From a virus (lineage: Duplodnaviria; Caudoviricetes): 50,558 nt of DNA. The notes beneath the pieces were generated by a model. That model was not told the origin of the DNA. It ran no database searches and saw only the letters and a list, made by a program, of their open reading frames with translations. Below are positions 32,840 to 42,205 of this stretch, piece after piece. Made by a program: the position numbers and the translations under genes. Within the stretch, counting starts at the first letter, position 1. Every line of letters starts with the position of its first letter. Location: IMG/VR virus record IMGVR_UViG_3300037360_000100, positions 1 to 50,558 of that record. The stretch is one strand, 5' to 3'.

Positions 32840-34023
32840 GCGCCCCGCTCAGCTGTCCAAACTTTGCGCGCGTCCGCGAGTGCAAGCTTTTCCTCACCAC
32901 TGGGGTCGTGAACCCAAATGGGACTGACCTTGGTCTTACCGCGTTCGGAATCAAGCAGGCAAAATAGCTGCTGTGCGACCTCAGGCCTGGCGTTGATTTT
33001 GCGGGCGAAAGCGTTGTAGCCAACCACCGAGCCATTTGCAAGGCCGTCGCCTAGGTCAAGCTGTGTGTGGTAGTGGCCGGTCAAGTGCAGGTAGCTCGGC
33101 TGCATTGTCTGCCAGGTAGCGTAGGCTTTGCGCAGCGGAATCGTAATTCCGCCAACACCGCCAGCATAATTGACCGTGTCGCCATGTGTGCCGTGAATTG
33201 TGCGGCCGAAGATTTCTGTGTACTGGTCGCGGGCTGTGTCCGTGATCACACGGATTGTTCGGTGCGACGCGAAGTGCCGCGCGATCCGCTGGTACAGGGC
33301 CCATTCGTGGCTGTGTCGCGCGGCCGTCTCGGCTCGTGGTTTGAGTGTGTCTCGGCCGTGGTTGCCGAATGTGCACATGATGCGAAGTTCTCGGCCGCCC
33401 AGCTCCGAGGCCAGCGCTTGAATCCGACCCAGCAAATAAGGCTCAAGCCAGTTCATTGTGACCAAAGGCGCTTCGCTGGTCTCTACCTGGTCGTCATGCA
33501 AATGACCATCAATGAGGTCGCCACCAAGCCACAGAAGGTGTCCAAGCACGTCAAAACTGCGTTCGTCCCTAATCAGCCACGCAATCGACTCGAAATAGCG
33601 GTCGAGCCTGTGTCGGCAGACCTCCGGGGTATAGCTGTTCATGCACGTGGAGCGCGTAGGCTCAACCAGGGCACCCGCATGCACGTCGCTAAGGCAACTT
33701 AGTCCCCAAGCCAAGCGCGAGCCCTTACTGAGGCGCCTAACGGTTGGCAATGCAGGCCGCGCCATCGGTGAGGACAGCCGAGCGATCGTGCCCTGCTGTT
33801 CAAGAATGCGAGCCTGCGCGGCTTTCAGCTGACGCTTGGCGGCTGTGTCCGCGGCCTGCGCTTGGTTGGCTTGCAGAAGGTAGTCAAGTGTCGGTTCGGG
33901 CTGCGCTGTGGGTGCTTGCTCGGGAACAGGTTTGGTTCCAAGCTTGCGGCAGATCCGGCAACGGTACTTGTTGCGGCGCGATCTTTCCTCGGTCGGGTGT
34001 AGCGTGCAAAATTGAACGGTCAT
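32836..34023 (-). CDS. Calcineurin-like metallophosphoesterase with N-terminal Zn-ribbon and coiled coil
   Basis: SDVH, GGDLIDG, GNHGR, HGD, GHYH motifs; ATG 34023 coupled to the primase stop. Confidence 0.85.
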   Translation of the reverse strand: MTVQFCTLHPTEERSRRNKYRCRICRKLGTKPVPEQAPTAQPEPTLDYLLQANQAQAADTAAKRQLKAAQARILEQQGTIARLSSPMARPALPTVRRLSKGSRLAWGLSCLSDVHAGALVEPTRSTCMNSYTPEVCRHRLDRYFESIAWLIRDERSFDVLGHLLWLGGDLIDGHLHDDQVETSEAPLVTMNWLEPYLLGRIQALASELGGRELRIMCTFGNHGRDTLKPRAETAARHSHEWALYQRIARHFASHRTIRVITDTARDQYTEIFGRTIHGTHGDTVNYAGGVGGITIPLRKAYATWQTMQPSYLHLTGHYHTQLDLGDGLANGSVVGYNAFARKINARPEVAQQLFCLLDSERGKTKVSPIWVHDPSGEEKLALADARKVWTAERGA

Positions 34024-36176
34024 TGAACTAGCCTCATTTGTGTCGCTTTCTTGGGTGCTTGCCAGCCCGGGGGTGTGGTCCACTCTTTGCCTATGCGCTT
34101 GAAACCGGCCCGAATCAGGCAGGCTGTGGCGCGTAGCTCGTCTTGCCGTGTCGCGTGGTCCAGCCCTAGAATGCGGACCATCGCGTACCTGGTAGTTAAT
34201 CGGGTGCTACCGTCGTATCCGGCTGGGTTCGCGAGCCACTCGTCAATGCAGTCTGAGAGGCTATCTTCGGTCTCGAATTTGCCGGCCTCGGCTGCAAACT
34301 CGGTAAGTTCTACACCTTCCGGCCAATACCTCTCGCCGAGAGCAACGTGGTAGGCAGCTTCGGCCCAAAGCTGATCGCGCACTGCGCGAAAGGCCTCGAA
34401 GTCTATAGGCTCGTCTTGCACCTTAATAGGCCAATATCGGCGGTTTCCGGTCCGGTCAACCAGAGGCATCGCATCGTTAGTTGTCCCGATGAAACAGCAT
34501 TGCCGAGGGAAAACGTCCACGAGTTTGCCATAAGGCAGGCGGAATTTGTCCGACTTGCAGGTAATGAAGCGCTTAACCGTGTCCGAGTCGGCTTTTCGAA
34601 CAGAGCTCAGTTCGGCCAGTTCGACAATCCACCGGCCCGCGATATTCATGTTTGCGTCTTTGCCGCCGATCTGCCCGGCCTCGTCAGTAAACCACGGTTC
34701 TGATGCAAGGGTTTCCGCCAGCGTGGATTTGCCCGCGCCTTGGTTGCTGACCAGCAAAAGCGCGTAGTCCGCTTTGCATCCCGGCTCTTGGATTCGCTTC
34801 ACACACTGCATCAGGAACCACGCACTCACTTTGCGTGTGTAGCTCGTGTCTTCACAGCCCATGTGGTCGCGCAACCACGTTTCAAGCCTTGGTGTTCTAT
34901 CCCACACCAGGCCCGCAAGGTACTCGCGCACAGGGTGACAGCTGTGGTTCCGCGCCTCGGCCGCAATGCCGGCGAGAATCTGATTGGTCTTAACGTTGAG
35001 CTTGTATTTTTCGTATACCCACACTGAAAAGTTCGTTAGGTCGTTGTCGTGCAGTTCGCGGGTAGACTCAACCTTGTCCCAAGGTACTGCGCCGACCAGG
35101 TAAATGCGCGCCGCAAACTCGTTGTAAGCAAAGCACTCTTTGAGCTCGACGTCACCACACAGTACGCGCTTAATGTTCGCGTCCGTGGCTGTTGGTGCAC
35201 CGTTGGCACTACGAATCAGCTCCACTTCGTCGGTCGCGCCGCCAAGGGCCACGACCGCACGTGCGAACTTGTACGCTACATCGGCCTCAGTGGGTGCGCC
35301 GCCGGCCTCCAAGGCCATGAAGCTCAGGCTGGACGCGAAATGCGACGCAACCGACTGCGGATCGGCGTTAGGCATGGCCGCGGCAAGTTCCGCGACCATC
35401 TGAAACAGGGTGTTGTCTCGCTCGCCTGGGACCGCGTAGGGCACGCCCTTAAGCAGGCGCTCGAATGCGGCCGCGGTCGGCTTGCTGGACTTGGCCAGGG
35501 CCTTGACCACGCGCTGAAATCGGCCCTCTGCCACTTCGTGCACGGGCCGCGCTTGGCTTTGATCGGACACGGCAGCGGCGGACGGACTACTGGGGAAATC
35601 CCTTACCCAAGTGGCGTCAACGTCTAAGGCGCTACCGTGACCGGTCAAAACCAAGCCCGACCCGTCAACAGGGCAGCTTGGAAGGTAGTAGAAGTGTGCT
35701 GGCTCCCTACACTTCGGATCCATTTCGGGAATCCACTGCGCGAAGACTCCCCAAATGCGGTCGTGAAGCTCCGGCGTTACTGGGCGTGTGTACGGAATCA
35801 CAACGCGGCAGCGGACCTCGCCAGCGACGGGTTCCTTGCCGAACCTTTCGCCCGTATACGGCTCGCGGTGTCGGCTTCGGTGGCTTGTGTAGAGAACGAA
35901 CGCAAAGGGTGCCAAGAGGGCAAGCACAGCGTCCGCACGATTGCCAGTCATGTGCTCAAGGTCAAGAACAAGAGCGTGAACCGCGGTAACGTTCTCTTTG
36001 CGGCGTAAGCCCGAAAGCTCCACGCAATTGAACAGCGAGCCTTCTTTGCTGGGCCGAACGTCGTGCTTTGAAAGTGCTTCTATGAGCTGCGACCAGGTGA
36101 CGTTGTAGGCCGTGCCTACGTTGTCGGTCGTGCCTCTGAAGACATTAACGCGGATTTGCTGGGGGATTTTTGACAA
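34020..36176 (-). CDS. Primase-helicase: AEP-like primase fused to a VirE/VapE SF3 helicase
   Basis: LVLDLE, YTSH, R.RVVIP (AEP); HPVREYL..L.WD, PGCKAD, QGAGKST, ELAEL, RLPY, GTTN, TGNRR.W. Start set at TTG 36176 below the promoter. Confidence 0.88.
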   Translation of the reverse strand: MSKIPQQIRVNVFRGTTDNVGTAYNVTWSQLIEALSKHDVRPSKEGSLFNCVELSGLRRKENVTAVHALVLDLEHMTGNRADAVLALLAPFAFVLYTSHRSRHREPYTGERFGKEPVAGEVRCRVVIPYTRPVTPELHDRIWGVFAQWIPEMDPKCREPAHFYYLPSCPVDGSGLVLTGHGSALDVDATWVRDFPSSPSAAAVSDQSQARPVHEVAEGRFQRVVKALAKSSKPTAAAFERLLKGVPYAVPGERDNTLFQMVAELAAAMPNADPQSVASHFASSLSFMALEAGGAPTEADVAYKFARAVVALGGATDEVELIRSANGAPTATDANIKRVLCGDVELKECFAYNEFAARIYLVGAVPWDKVESTRELHDNDLTNFSVWVYEKYKLNVKTNQILAGIAAEARNHSCHPVREYLAGLVWDRTPRLETWLRDHMGCEDTSYTRKVSAWFLMQCVKRIQEPGCKADYALLLVSNQGAGKSTLAETLASEPWFTDEAGQIGGKDANMNIAGRWIVELAELSSVRKADSDTVKRFITCKSDKFRLPYGKLVDVFPRQCCFIGTTNDAMPLVDRTGNRRYWPIKVQDEPIDFEAFRAVRDQLWAEAAYHVALGERYWPEGVELTEFAAEAGKFETEDSLSDCIDEWLANPAGYDGSTRLTTRYAMVRILGLDHATRQDELRATACLIRAGFKRIGKEWTTPPGWQAPKKATQMRLVQ

Positions 36177-36184
36177 GCAACTGA

Positions 36185-36248
36185 ATGGTGACCGATTTCG
36201 CTCTTGAGTGCAAGGGCACTTGACAAATTTCGCGATCGGCATCACAAT
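36185..36248. promoter_or_regulatory. Back-to-back divergent promoters
   Basis: Minus: TTGCAC(36213)-N17-CACCAT(36185). Plus: TTGACA(36220)-N17-CACAAT(36248). Confidence 0.62.
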
Positions 36249-36282
36249 GGGATGCGAAAGGACAATCCCACATGGCCGCGCT

Positions 36283-37740
36283 ATGACCCTGCTCTCAGAC
36301 CTGCCCATCGGCTCTCAAGTCCAGTTCCGTGATTTCCTAGCGGTAATCGATGGCGCCAACAATCACGCCGTCTACGGCCGAACGCAAGCTGGCGTCCGGT
36401 TCAGCGTTCGCGGGACGCACCCGGTCACAGACGGGACCGTCAACGCACGCGCCCTGCATGTAAGCCCCAGCCAGATAGTCCAGTACAACGCCTGCCCCCG
36501 CCAATGGGCCTTAGACAAGATCGCCGGCATCCAGCGCGGCGGGAACAAGTTCTCAGATCGCGGCGGGAAGGTTCACGCGGTGCTTGAGAACTGGCAACGA
36601 TACGCAACCCCGCCCGACCTGGCAGACCCAATCGGCGCCATTGCCTACCCCGCGCTGGCGGTCACGCCCGCGCCCGGCACGGCCACACCCGAGCGGTGCG
36701 TCAACTGGGATGTCGGCGGAATTGAAATCGAGTTCTTGAAGGACCTTGAAGAGTTTACGCCTTGGGGCGTGCATATCTACGACTACAAGACAACCTCTAA
36801 CTTGGCCTATGCACATACCGCGACGGACCTGCTAGAGACCGACCCACAGTCAATCACGTACGCGGCGCACGCCTTCAAGGAGTACAACGCCCCGATCGTG
36901 CGTGAGAGCTGGCTCTACCTCACCGCGAACAAGCCGCACCGGTGCCTTCCCGTGGTGGTTGACCCGCAGCGCGAAGACTGCCTAGCACGATTTGAGTTGA
37001 TTATTGAAACCGGACGTGAGATGATAGCGCATCGGATCGCGCAAACCGACCCCGAGAAATTCCCACAGAGAACCTCACACTGTTCAGCTTTTGGCGGATG
37101 CCCGTACAAAGGCACACACTGTCAACCAGATGAAGTAAGGAGCGCACTAGACCAAATGTCAGAAAACATTTTTACCAAAATTGCAGCCGAGGGCCAGCCC
37201 GCGCCCGCACAGCCCCCACCCGCACCCGCGCCCGCAATGGCTTGGCCTCCACAGCCAGCCTCAGCCGCACCCGTTGCACCGCCAGCCGTAGCGCCAGCCG
37301 CACCGCTCCCTTGGGTTACCGCGCAAGCTACGCCCCCAGCTGTGGCCCAGGCAGCCTTCCCGGCCGCGCAAGCTACGCCCCCAGCTGTGCCCGCGTCAAT
37401 GGCGCCCCCGGCCTGGCTTACGCCCGCGCCAGTTGCCTCTGCGCCCGCAGTTGCACCCGATGTGCAACAGGAGCCCGCGGAGCAACCAGCGCAGGCCAAG
37501 CGAACCCGCCGCACTAAGGCTATCGCAAACACCGACGGGCAAACGCAAGTAGCACCCGCGCCGGAGTACGCGCCGAGCGTGCCACAAGCCGAGCCCGCGG
37601 ACGACACCGAGGCACATTTCTGGGACCTTTTGGCGTCGTTGTCAATGAACCCTGGTTTCGCGGGATGCCCCGCCGTCGACCTAGCCGATCGCGCGCTTGC
37701 CCTCGTTGTAGCCGGGCAGAATGCGCTCGGCGGGGCGTGA
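36283..37740 (+). CDS. PD-(D/E)XK (RecB/Cas4-like) exonuclease with Pro/Ala-rich C-terminal tail
   Basis: SPS.I..Y..CPR.W, G..VH..LE, D...DYKT, Q...YA, C..FGGCPY...C. Confidence 0.85.
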   Translation: MTLLSDLPIGSQVQFRDFLAVIDGANNHAVYGRTQAGVRFSVRGTHPVTDGTVNARALHVSPSQIVQYNACPRQWALDKIAGIQRGGNKFSDRGGKVHAVLENWQRYATPPDLADPIGAIAYPALAVTPAPGTATPERCVNWDVGGIEIEFLKDLEEFTPWGVHIYDYKTTSNLAYAHTATDLLETDPQSITYAAHAFKEYNAPIVRESWLYLTANKPHRCLPVVVDPQREDCLARFELIIETGREMIAHRIAQTDPEKFPQRTSHCSAFGGCPYKGTHCQPDEVRSALDQMSENIFTKIAAEGQPAPAQPPPAPAPAMAWPPQPASAAPVAPPAVAPAAPLPWVTAQATPPAVAQAAFPAAQATPPAVPASMAPPAWLTPAPVASAPAVAPDVQQEPAEQPAQAKRTRRTKAIANTDGQTQVAPAPEYAPSVPQAEPADDTEAHFWDLLASLSMNPGFAGCPAVDLADRALALVVAGQNALGGA

Positions 37741-37842
37741 ACCCGGCCGAAACGAATCGCGCCCAGCGGGGCGTGAACCCGGCCGAAACGAATCGCGCCC
37801 AGCGACGCGTGAACCCGGCCGAAACGAATCGCGCCCAGCGAC
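37735..37842. repeat. Three 36-bp tandem repeats (12-aa VNPAETNRAQRx)
   Basis: gcgtgaacccggccgaaacgaatcgcgcccagcg(gg/ac) x3, contiguous. Confidence 0.95.
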
Positions 37843-38030
37843 GCGCCGCAGGTAAGACCAAGGTCCGCCCGGTTTACCGAGGGCGACCAATGCTGGGCCC
37901 GCCTATCTGCTTTCGCGAGACCTACGACGGCACGCCGTTCATGGCTGCGGAGCTAGGCAAGGCGTCAATTGGCCCGAGGCACGTGCACAACGCGTTCAAG
38001 CGCTTGCGCAGAGAAAGGTGGGCATCCTAG
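37737..38030 (+). CDS. Basic hypothetical protein with triplicated NRAQRR N-terminus
   Basis: GTG 37737 overlaps the nuclease TGA; fills the gap to the next gene. Confidence 0.55.
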   Translation: MNPAETNRAQRGVNPAETNRAQRRVNPAETNRAQRRAAGKTKVRPVYRGRPMLGPPICFRETYDGTPFMAAELGKASIGPRHVHNAFKRLRRERWAS

Positions 38031-38606
38031 GTGGCCGACGTCCTTCTCTGGGTTGATCTCGAAACGCCCGGGCTAACACCCGGGCCGGGCCACTGTGTGC
38101 TTGAGTGTGCACTGGCCGTGACTGACATCCAGTTCAATGTGCTCGGCACGACTAGCCAGCTTGTGACAGCGGACACCCGAGCGGCCTACGAAGTGGCCGA
38201 CGCGTATGTCAAGAACATGCACACAGAAAACAACTTGTGGGCAGAACACCACGCGTTCATGCACGCGACCAATGTGCCCACGATCGGCGAGCTGAGCGAC
38301 TACCTCATCACCTGGGCCGAGAGCTTCGGGATCTTTCCGGGCGACAAGTCCACACTCTTTTGCGGTCAGGGCACCGCGGGCGTGGACTTGGACTACCTCA
38401 CGGCTTACCTTCCGCGTGTGCGGCAGTTGTGGGGACACCGAGCCTTGGACCTGAGCGCCTGGAGAGACCTCGTAATGAAGTGGTACGGCTGTAAATACAC
38501 GGACATTCCCGCGCTTGTGGGTACCACTCATAGAGCGCTGGACGATGTGCTCCACACAATCGACGTGGCCCGCTGGATTAAAGAAAGGTTTTGGGTAGCA
38601 GCGTGA
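38031..38606 (+). CDS. Oligoribonuclease-like DEDDh 3'-5' exonuclease
   Basis: WVDLETPGL, MH..N.L, D..YL, HR.LDLS, HRALDD. Confidence 0.85.
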   Translation: MADVLLWVDLETPGLTPGPGHCVLECALAVTDIQFNVLGTTSQLVTADTRAAYEVADAYVKNMHTENNLWAEHHAFMHATNVPTIGELSDYLITWAESFGIFPGDKSTLFCGQGTAGVDLDYLTAYLPRVRQLWGHRALDLSAWRDLVMKWYGCKYTDIPALVGTTHRALDDVLHTIDVARWIKERFWVAA

Positions 38607-38612
38607 AAGAGT

Positions 38613-40340
38613 GTGGGATCTAACTGGATGACTCAGCCCCCTTTCGGTCAAGGTCGCGCTGTTATGGCTTCAGCCGAGTTTTATCGTATCTCGGCCATAC
38701 CTAGACGGGCTTGGACGCACCAAGAAGGCGAGGCACTCTCCGACCAGCTCAGTCCGATCTTCCGCCGCCCCGGGCGCACGTGCCGCTTGCTCCCACAGCA
38801 GGCCATCGCCGTGCGTGAGGTCCTACTCAACCGGGGCGGCTTCCTGCCGATGGGTGTGGGGTCGGGTAAGACCCTAACGTTCCTGATTTTGGGCGCGGCC
38901 CTTGAGATGAGGTTTCCGGGCATCAAAAGCCGCACCTACCACCTGGTCAAGGCGGGGCTCGACAACACAGGACGCAAGGCTGAGATCTCCCGCTACCTAG
39001 AGGACTGGAACGTCCCGGCTCCGCAGGTGATTCATTTTGACGCGATTTCGCCTGTGGGGGGCAAGTGCCTGCTGGAAAACCTTGACCCGCTGGCACTTCT
39101 GATCGACGAAATTCACCACTTCAAAAATCCGCACGCTAGTCGCACGGCGCGCTTTAGGCGCTGGCGCAAGGCAAACCCCGATCGCATTGTTGTAGGTGCC
39201 ACAGGGTCAATCACTAAGCGCTCTATCAAAGACTATTGTCACATCGTTCCCTGGTGTTTGCCGGCTAACCCGCCCGTCCCGACCCGCACTGATGTAATTG
39301 ACGAATGGGCTGATGCACTCGACGAACGCCTAGACATGGGCGCCCGTGCCGATCCGGGTGCACTCTTGGACTGGTGCACTGAGGCCGAGCTGTCCGAGTT
39401 TGAGCCCCTGCGCGCGGTCCGGAGAGCCTACCGACGGCGCCTGGTCGAAACCTCGGGCGTTGTCGTCTATAGCGTGCCGGCGAGCACGATCGGCGCGTCC
39501 CTGCACATTACAGAGCACGTCCAGCCTGCTGCGCCCAAGGTCGTGGAGGCCTTCAAGGCGTTGCGGAATTGGGCGCTCCCTGACGGTACGGAAATCATCG
39601 AAGCCCTGGACATGGCGCGGCACGTGCGAACCATGCCGCTGGGGTACTGGCTCCGATGGCGTTACCCTGCGCCCGTTGAGTGGCTCGAAAAGCGCAAGGC
39701 CTACATGGGTTTCATTCGCGCACAGCTGGGCGGGCGGTTCGACAGTCCCGACGAGGTCGCCCGCGCGTTCCCCAACGCGGCCGAGGTCTCGCAGTGGAAG
39801 GCAATCAAGAAAAGCTACGACCCAGAAACCGTGCCCGAGTGGATAGACGGCGCGGCCATCGCGTTTGCTCTGACTTGGATGCAACGCCCTGGGGTCGTGT
39901 TCTGCGACAACACCGTGTTTGGTGAGTTATTGGCACACGGCGCAGGGTGTCAGTTCTACGGCCCGGGCGGCCTTAACAGTGCAGGCCAAGCTATCGAACA
40001 CTGTGCCGCGCCCGTGTGCGTGGCCAGCGTGCGAGCCAACGGCGAGGGCAGAAACCTGCAACGATGGTCGAGGGGTCTTCTCATGCAACCCCCGCCGAAC
40101 AACCTGCAAATGCAGCAGAACCTTGGCAGGTGGTTTAGGATCGGTCAGAAAAGCGCCCGCGTTGACGTGACGGTCTTTGTCGGCTGCTTGGAGCACGCGG
40201 GCAACCTACGCCAGTGCGTCTCGGACGCCCAATACGCGACCGACGGTGCCATGGGGGACGACTCCCAGCTGCTCTCCACGGCCGAGATCACTTGGGGTGC
40301 ACTGCCCGATTCGTACCCGGTTTGGAGAAAACGCACATGA
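38613..40340 (+). CDS. Superfamily 2 (SNF2-like) helicase
   Basis: Q motif, GVGSGKT, DEIH, ATGS, EG.NLQ, Q.LGR..R.GQ. Confidence 0.88.
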   Translation: MGSNWMTQPPFGQGRAVMASAEFYRISAIPRRAWTHQEGEALSDQLSPIFRRPGRTCRLLPQQAIAVREVLLNRGGFLPMGVGSGKTLTFLILGAALEMRFPGIKSRTYHLVKAGLDNTGRKAEISRYLEDWNVPAPQVIHFDAISPVGGKCLLENLDPLALLIDEIHHFKNPHASRTARFRRWRKANPDRIVVGATGSITKRSIKDYCHIVPWCLPANPPVPTRTDVIDEWADALDERLDMGARADPGALLDWCTEAELSEFEPLRAVRRAYRRRLVETSGVVVYSVPASTIGASLHITEHVQPAAPKVVEAFKALRNWALPDGTEIIEALDMARHVRTMPLGYWLRWRYPAPVEWLEKRKAYMGFIRAQLGGRFDSPDEVARAFPNAAEVSQWKAIKKSYDPETVPEWIDGAAIAFALTWMQRPGVVFCDNTVFGELLAHGAGCQFYGPGGLNSAGQAIEHCAAPVCVASVRANGEGRNLQRWSRGLLMQPPPNNLQMQQNLGRWFRIGQKSARVDVTVFVGCLEHAGNLRQCVSDAQYATDGAMGDDSQLLSTAEITWGALPDSYPVWRKRT

Positions 40341-40939
40341 GCGACATTGCAGCTCTTTTTGTGGAAGCCAAAGGCATCTACAGCACCTTGCCCGGTGTGG
40401 ACGTGTGGGACTTCGGCCGAGATGCGCGCGACTATGCAGGGCCGCACCCAGTGGTCGCGCATCCACCCTGTCAACTTTGGGGCGCATTCGCTGAAATCAA
40501 CTTTCATCGATGGGGTGGCGAGCATAACCGGCCGGGCAATGATGGGGGTTGCTTCGCTAGCGCCCTAGCATCGGTGCGCAAGTACGGCGGCGTGCTTGAG
40601 CACCCAGCAGGATCAAAAGCTTGGCCCAAATACTGCCTTCAAAAGCCCGTGTTCGGTGTATGGCAACAGGTAGGGCCGCTACAGGGGTGGGTCACTGAGG
40701 TCTGGCAGTCAGCCTACGGGCACAAGGCGCGCAAGCGCACTTGGCTTCTTTACTCGGGCGATCGTCCGCCCCTTGAGTGCGACTGGCGCAGACTGCCCGG
40801 AACACACCAGTGTGGATACCACGACCAGCGCGGAGTACGAAAGAACAAGCCCACGCTAGGTAAACGCGAAGCTTCGGCCACGCCGATCACTTTCGCAAAA
40901 TTTCTGGTACGTCTTGCCAGGCACTCAAAAGCGGCTTGA
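40337..40939 (+). CDS. Minimal DNA cytosine methyltransferase-like protein
   Basis: VVAHPPC catalytic PC, VLEHP, K.TWL, TP..FA; start ATG 40337 (ATGA). Confidence 0.7.
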   Translation: MSDIAALFVEAKGIYSTLPGVDVWDFGRDARDYAGPHPVVAHPPCQLWGAFAEINFHRWGGEHNRPGNDGGCFASALASVRKYGGVLEHPAGSKAWPKYCLQKPVFGVWQQVGPLQGWVTEVWQSAYGHKARKRTWLLYSGDRPPLECDWRRLPGTHQCGYHDQRGVRKNKPTLGKREASATPITFAKFLVRLARHSKAA

Positions 40940-40964
40940 CACGCCCGCAGACTTCGGTCACAAT
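40936..40964 (+). promoter_or_regulatory. Promoter upstream of the SSB-like gene
   Basis: TTGACA-N17-CACAAT, same as 36220-36248. Confidence 0.62.
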
Positions 40965-41012
40965 ACTCGAAGTTCCACAGATAGTCAGTCAAATCCAACG
41001 AAGGACACACAC

Positions 41013-41528
41013 ATGAACCCATTTGCACAAGCAACACAAGCACCCGTAGCCGGTTTCGCGCCGGCCGCACAAGTACCCAGTTTTGACAAGCTTTTGAACG
41101 CGACTATGCACGGCGTAGGACGCCCCAAGCCCGAAGAAAATCACAACTACATTGTCGAGGTCACGGACTACAAATTCGTGTCTGGTACCTACCACGTCGA
41201 ATGTGTGATTGTGGAAGCACCCACCGGCGGATCGTCCGTCGGATTTGAGACCAGCGTTTCCCAGAACACTAAATCTAATTGCTGGGAGGGCTACTTCAAG
41301 CGCCAGATATTAGCTAACATGGGCGTTAGCGCCGACGACCCAGCCGCAGTCGCGGCCGCATTGCCGTTTTTAGTCAGATGCCTGACCGAAGCACTCACCA
41401 AGGTCGCAGACCCCAGCCTGCCCGTGCACTTAATCGGACGGCGCATGCAACTGGTAGTTTCGCCGGGCAAGCCGGCTCAACCAGGTAAGAAGTACTACCC
41501 CAACGAGGTATGCTTTCCCTGTAACTAG
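41013..41528 (+). CDS. Putative single-stranded DNA-binding protein
   Basis: AAGGA RBS; OB-fold-like beta pattern, position between helicase and polymerase genes (inference). Confidence 0.5.
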   Translation: MNPFAQATQAPVAGFAPAAQVPSFDKLLNATMHGVGRPKPEENHNYIVEVTDYKFVSGTYHVECVIVEAPTGGSSVGFETSVSQNTKSNCWEGYFKRQILANMGVSADDPAAVAAALPFLVRCLTEALTKVADPSLPVHLIGRRMQLVVSPGKPAQPGKKYYPNEVCFPCN

Positions 41529-41537
41529 ACACTTAAG

Positions 41538-41593
41538 CCGCGCGTTTGCCGGGACAAATTTGAAGGCGGGTTCGACTCCCGCCACGCGGCCCA
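41538..41593 (+). ncRNA. tRNA-like mini-RNA (acceptor stem + T-arm + CCA, no normal D/anticodon arms)
   Basis: ccgcgcg/cacgcgg acceptor (one mismatch), gcggg-TTCGACT-cccgc T-arm, discriminator C, CCA. Confidence 0.5.
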
Positions 41594-41598
41594 AAACA

Positions 41599-41630
41599 GG
41601 GGCGTGGCGTCCTTCTCCGCGCCACGCCCC
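41599..41630. terminator. Strong GC hairpin without a U-tract
   Basis: ggggcgtggcg-N10-cgccacgcccc. Confidence 0.45.
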
Positions 41631-41659
41631 GGCACACTCTCTGAAAGGAATCCCGCACA

Positions 41660-41830
41660 ATGTCAGAGTATGTTCGCGAATTGTTCGACCTCTTGCCATA
41701 CGAGGACCGCCAGGCCCTCTACCACGGCGATCTTGACCTAGATGACGTATTTGATGGGAACCTTAACCTGGCCGACAAGCGCGAGCTGAACCGCCTGATC
41801 AGATCGTGGGGTGATCGTGTTAACCTTTAA
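41660..41830 (+). CDS. Small acidic hypothetical protein (56 aa, not in ORF track)
   Basis: AAAGGA RBS; MSEYVRELFDLLPYEDRQALY... Confidence 0.55.
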   Translation: MSEYVRELFDLLPYEDRQALYHGDLDLDDVFDGNLNLADKRELNRLIRSWGDRVNL

Positions 41831-42020
41831 CTCTAAAAACGTTTTTGACCGAATTTCCGAGGCCTCTAAGCACGAGTGGCTGCGCCGAGAGGCGACCGCG
41901 GAGCAAATCTGCCCCGCACTCAAGCATGAGACCTCTGCAAACCGAGCCGAGGTCCTGCGGCTGCTGAACAACTGGGCCACACAGCTGGTGAACGGCGCCG
42001 GAAATCGGGTGAGCTCATGA
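41811..42020 (+). CDS. Hypothetical protein
   Basis: Fits the chain of small coupled ORFs; start uncertain. Confidence 0.5.
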   Translation: MIVLTFNSKNVFDRISEASKHEWLRREATAEQICPALKHETSANRAEVLRLLNNWATQLVNGAGNRVSS

Positions 42021-42205
42021 AAATCAAGCAAACACGACTGAAAGTGGATGTTACCCTAGAAATAGCGGCGTCTAACGTAGTCCCGATCGTACATGTGCAC
42101 GGAGACAACCTATCAGGCTGGGTGAATGAATTTGCGTGTAGCCCTCATCTGCCTTTCGCAATTGTTGAAGCGGTACGCGCGGCCGTGGATTGGGAGCATG
42201 TATGA
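42017..42205 (+). CDS. Hypothetical protein
   Basis: ATGA overlaps at both ends. Confidence 0.55.
   Translation: MKIKQTRLKVDVTLEIAASNVVPIVHVHGDNLSGWVNEFACSPHLPFAIVEAVRAAVDWEHV

Noticed and set aside
36177-36308. Overlapping 5' extensions of the primase and nuclease ORFs
   Set aside because: The interval holds back-to-back promoters; starts at 36176 and 36283 remove the overlap.
36283-37150. Cas4 indicating a CRISPR-Cas system
   Set aside because: Stand-alone PD-(D/E)XK nucleases are common in phage replication modules; no cas1/cas2 or array.
37735-37842. Mini-CRISPR from 36-bp repeats
   Set aside because: No spacers between copies; it is an in-frame coding tandem repeat.
41538-41593. Functional canonical tRNA or attP site
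   Set aside because: Too short, no assignable anticodon arm, and no integrase in the genome; retained only as a tRNA-like element.
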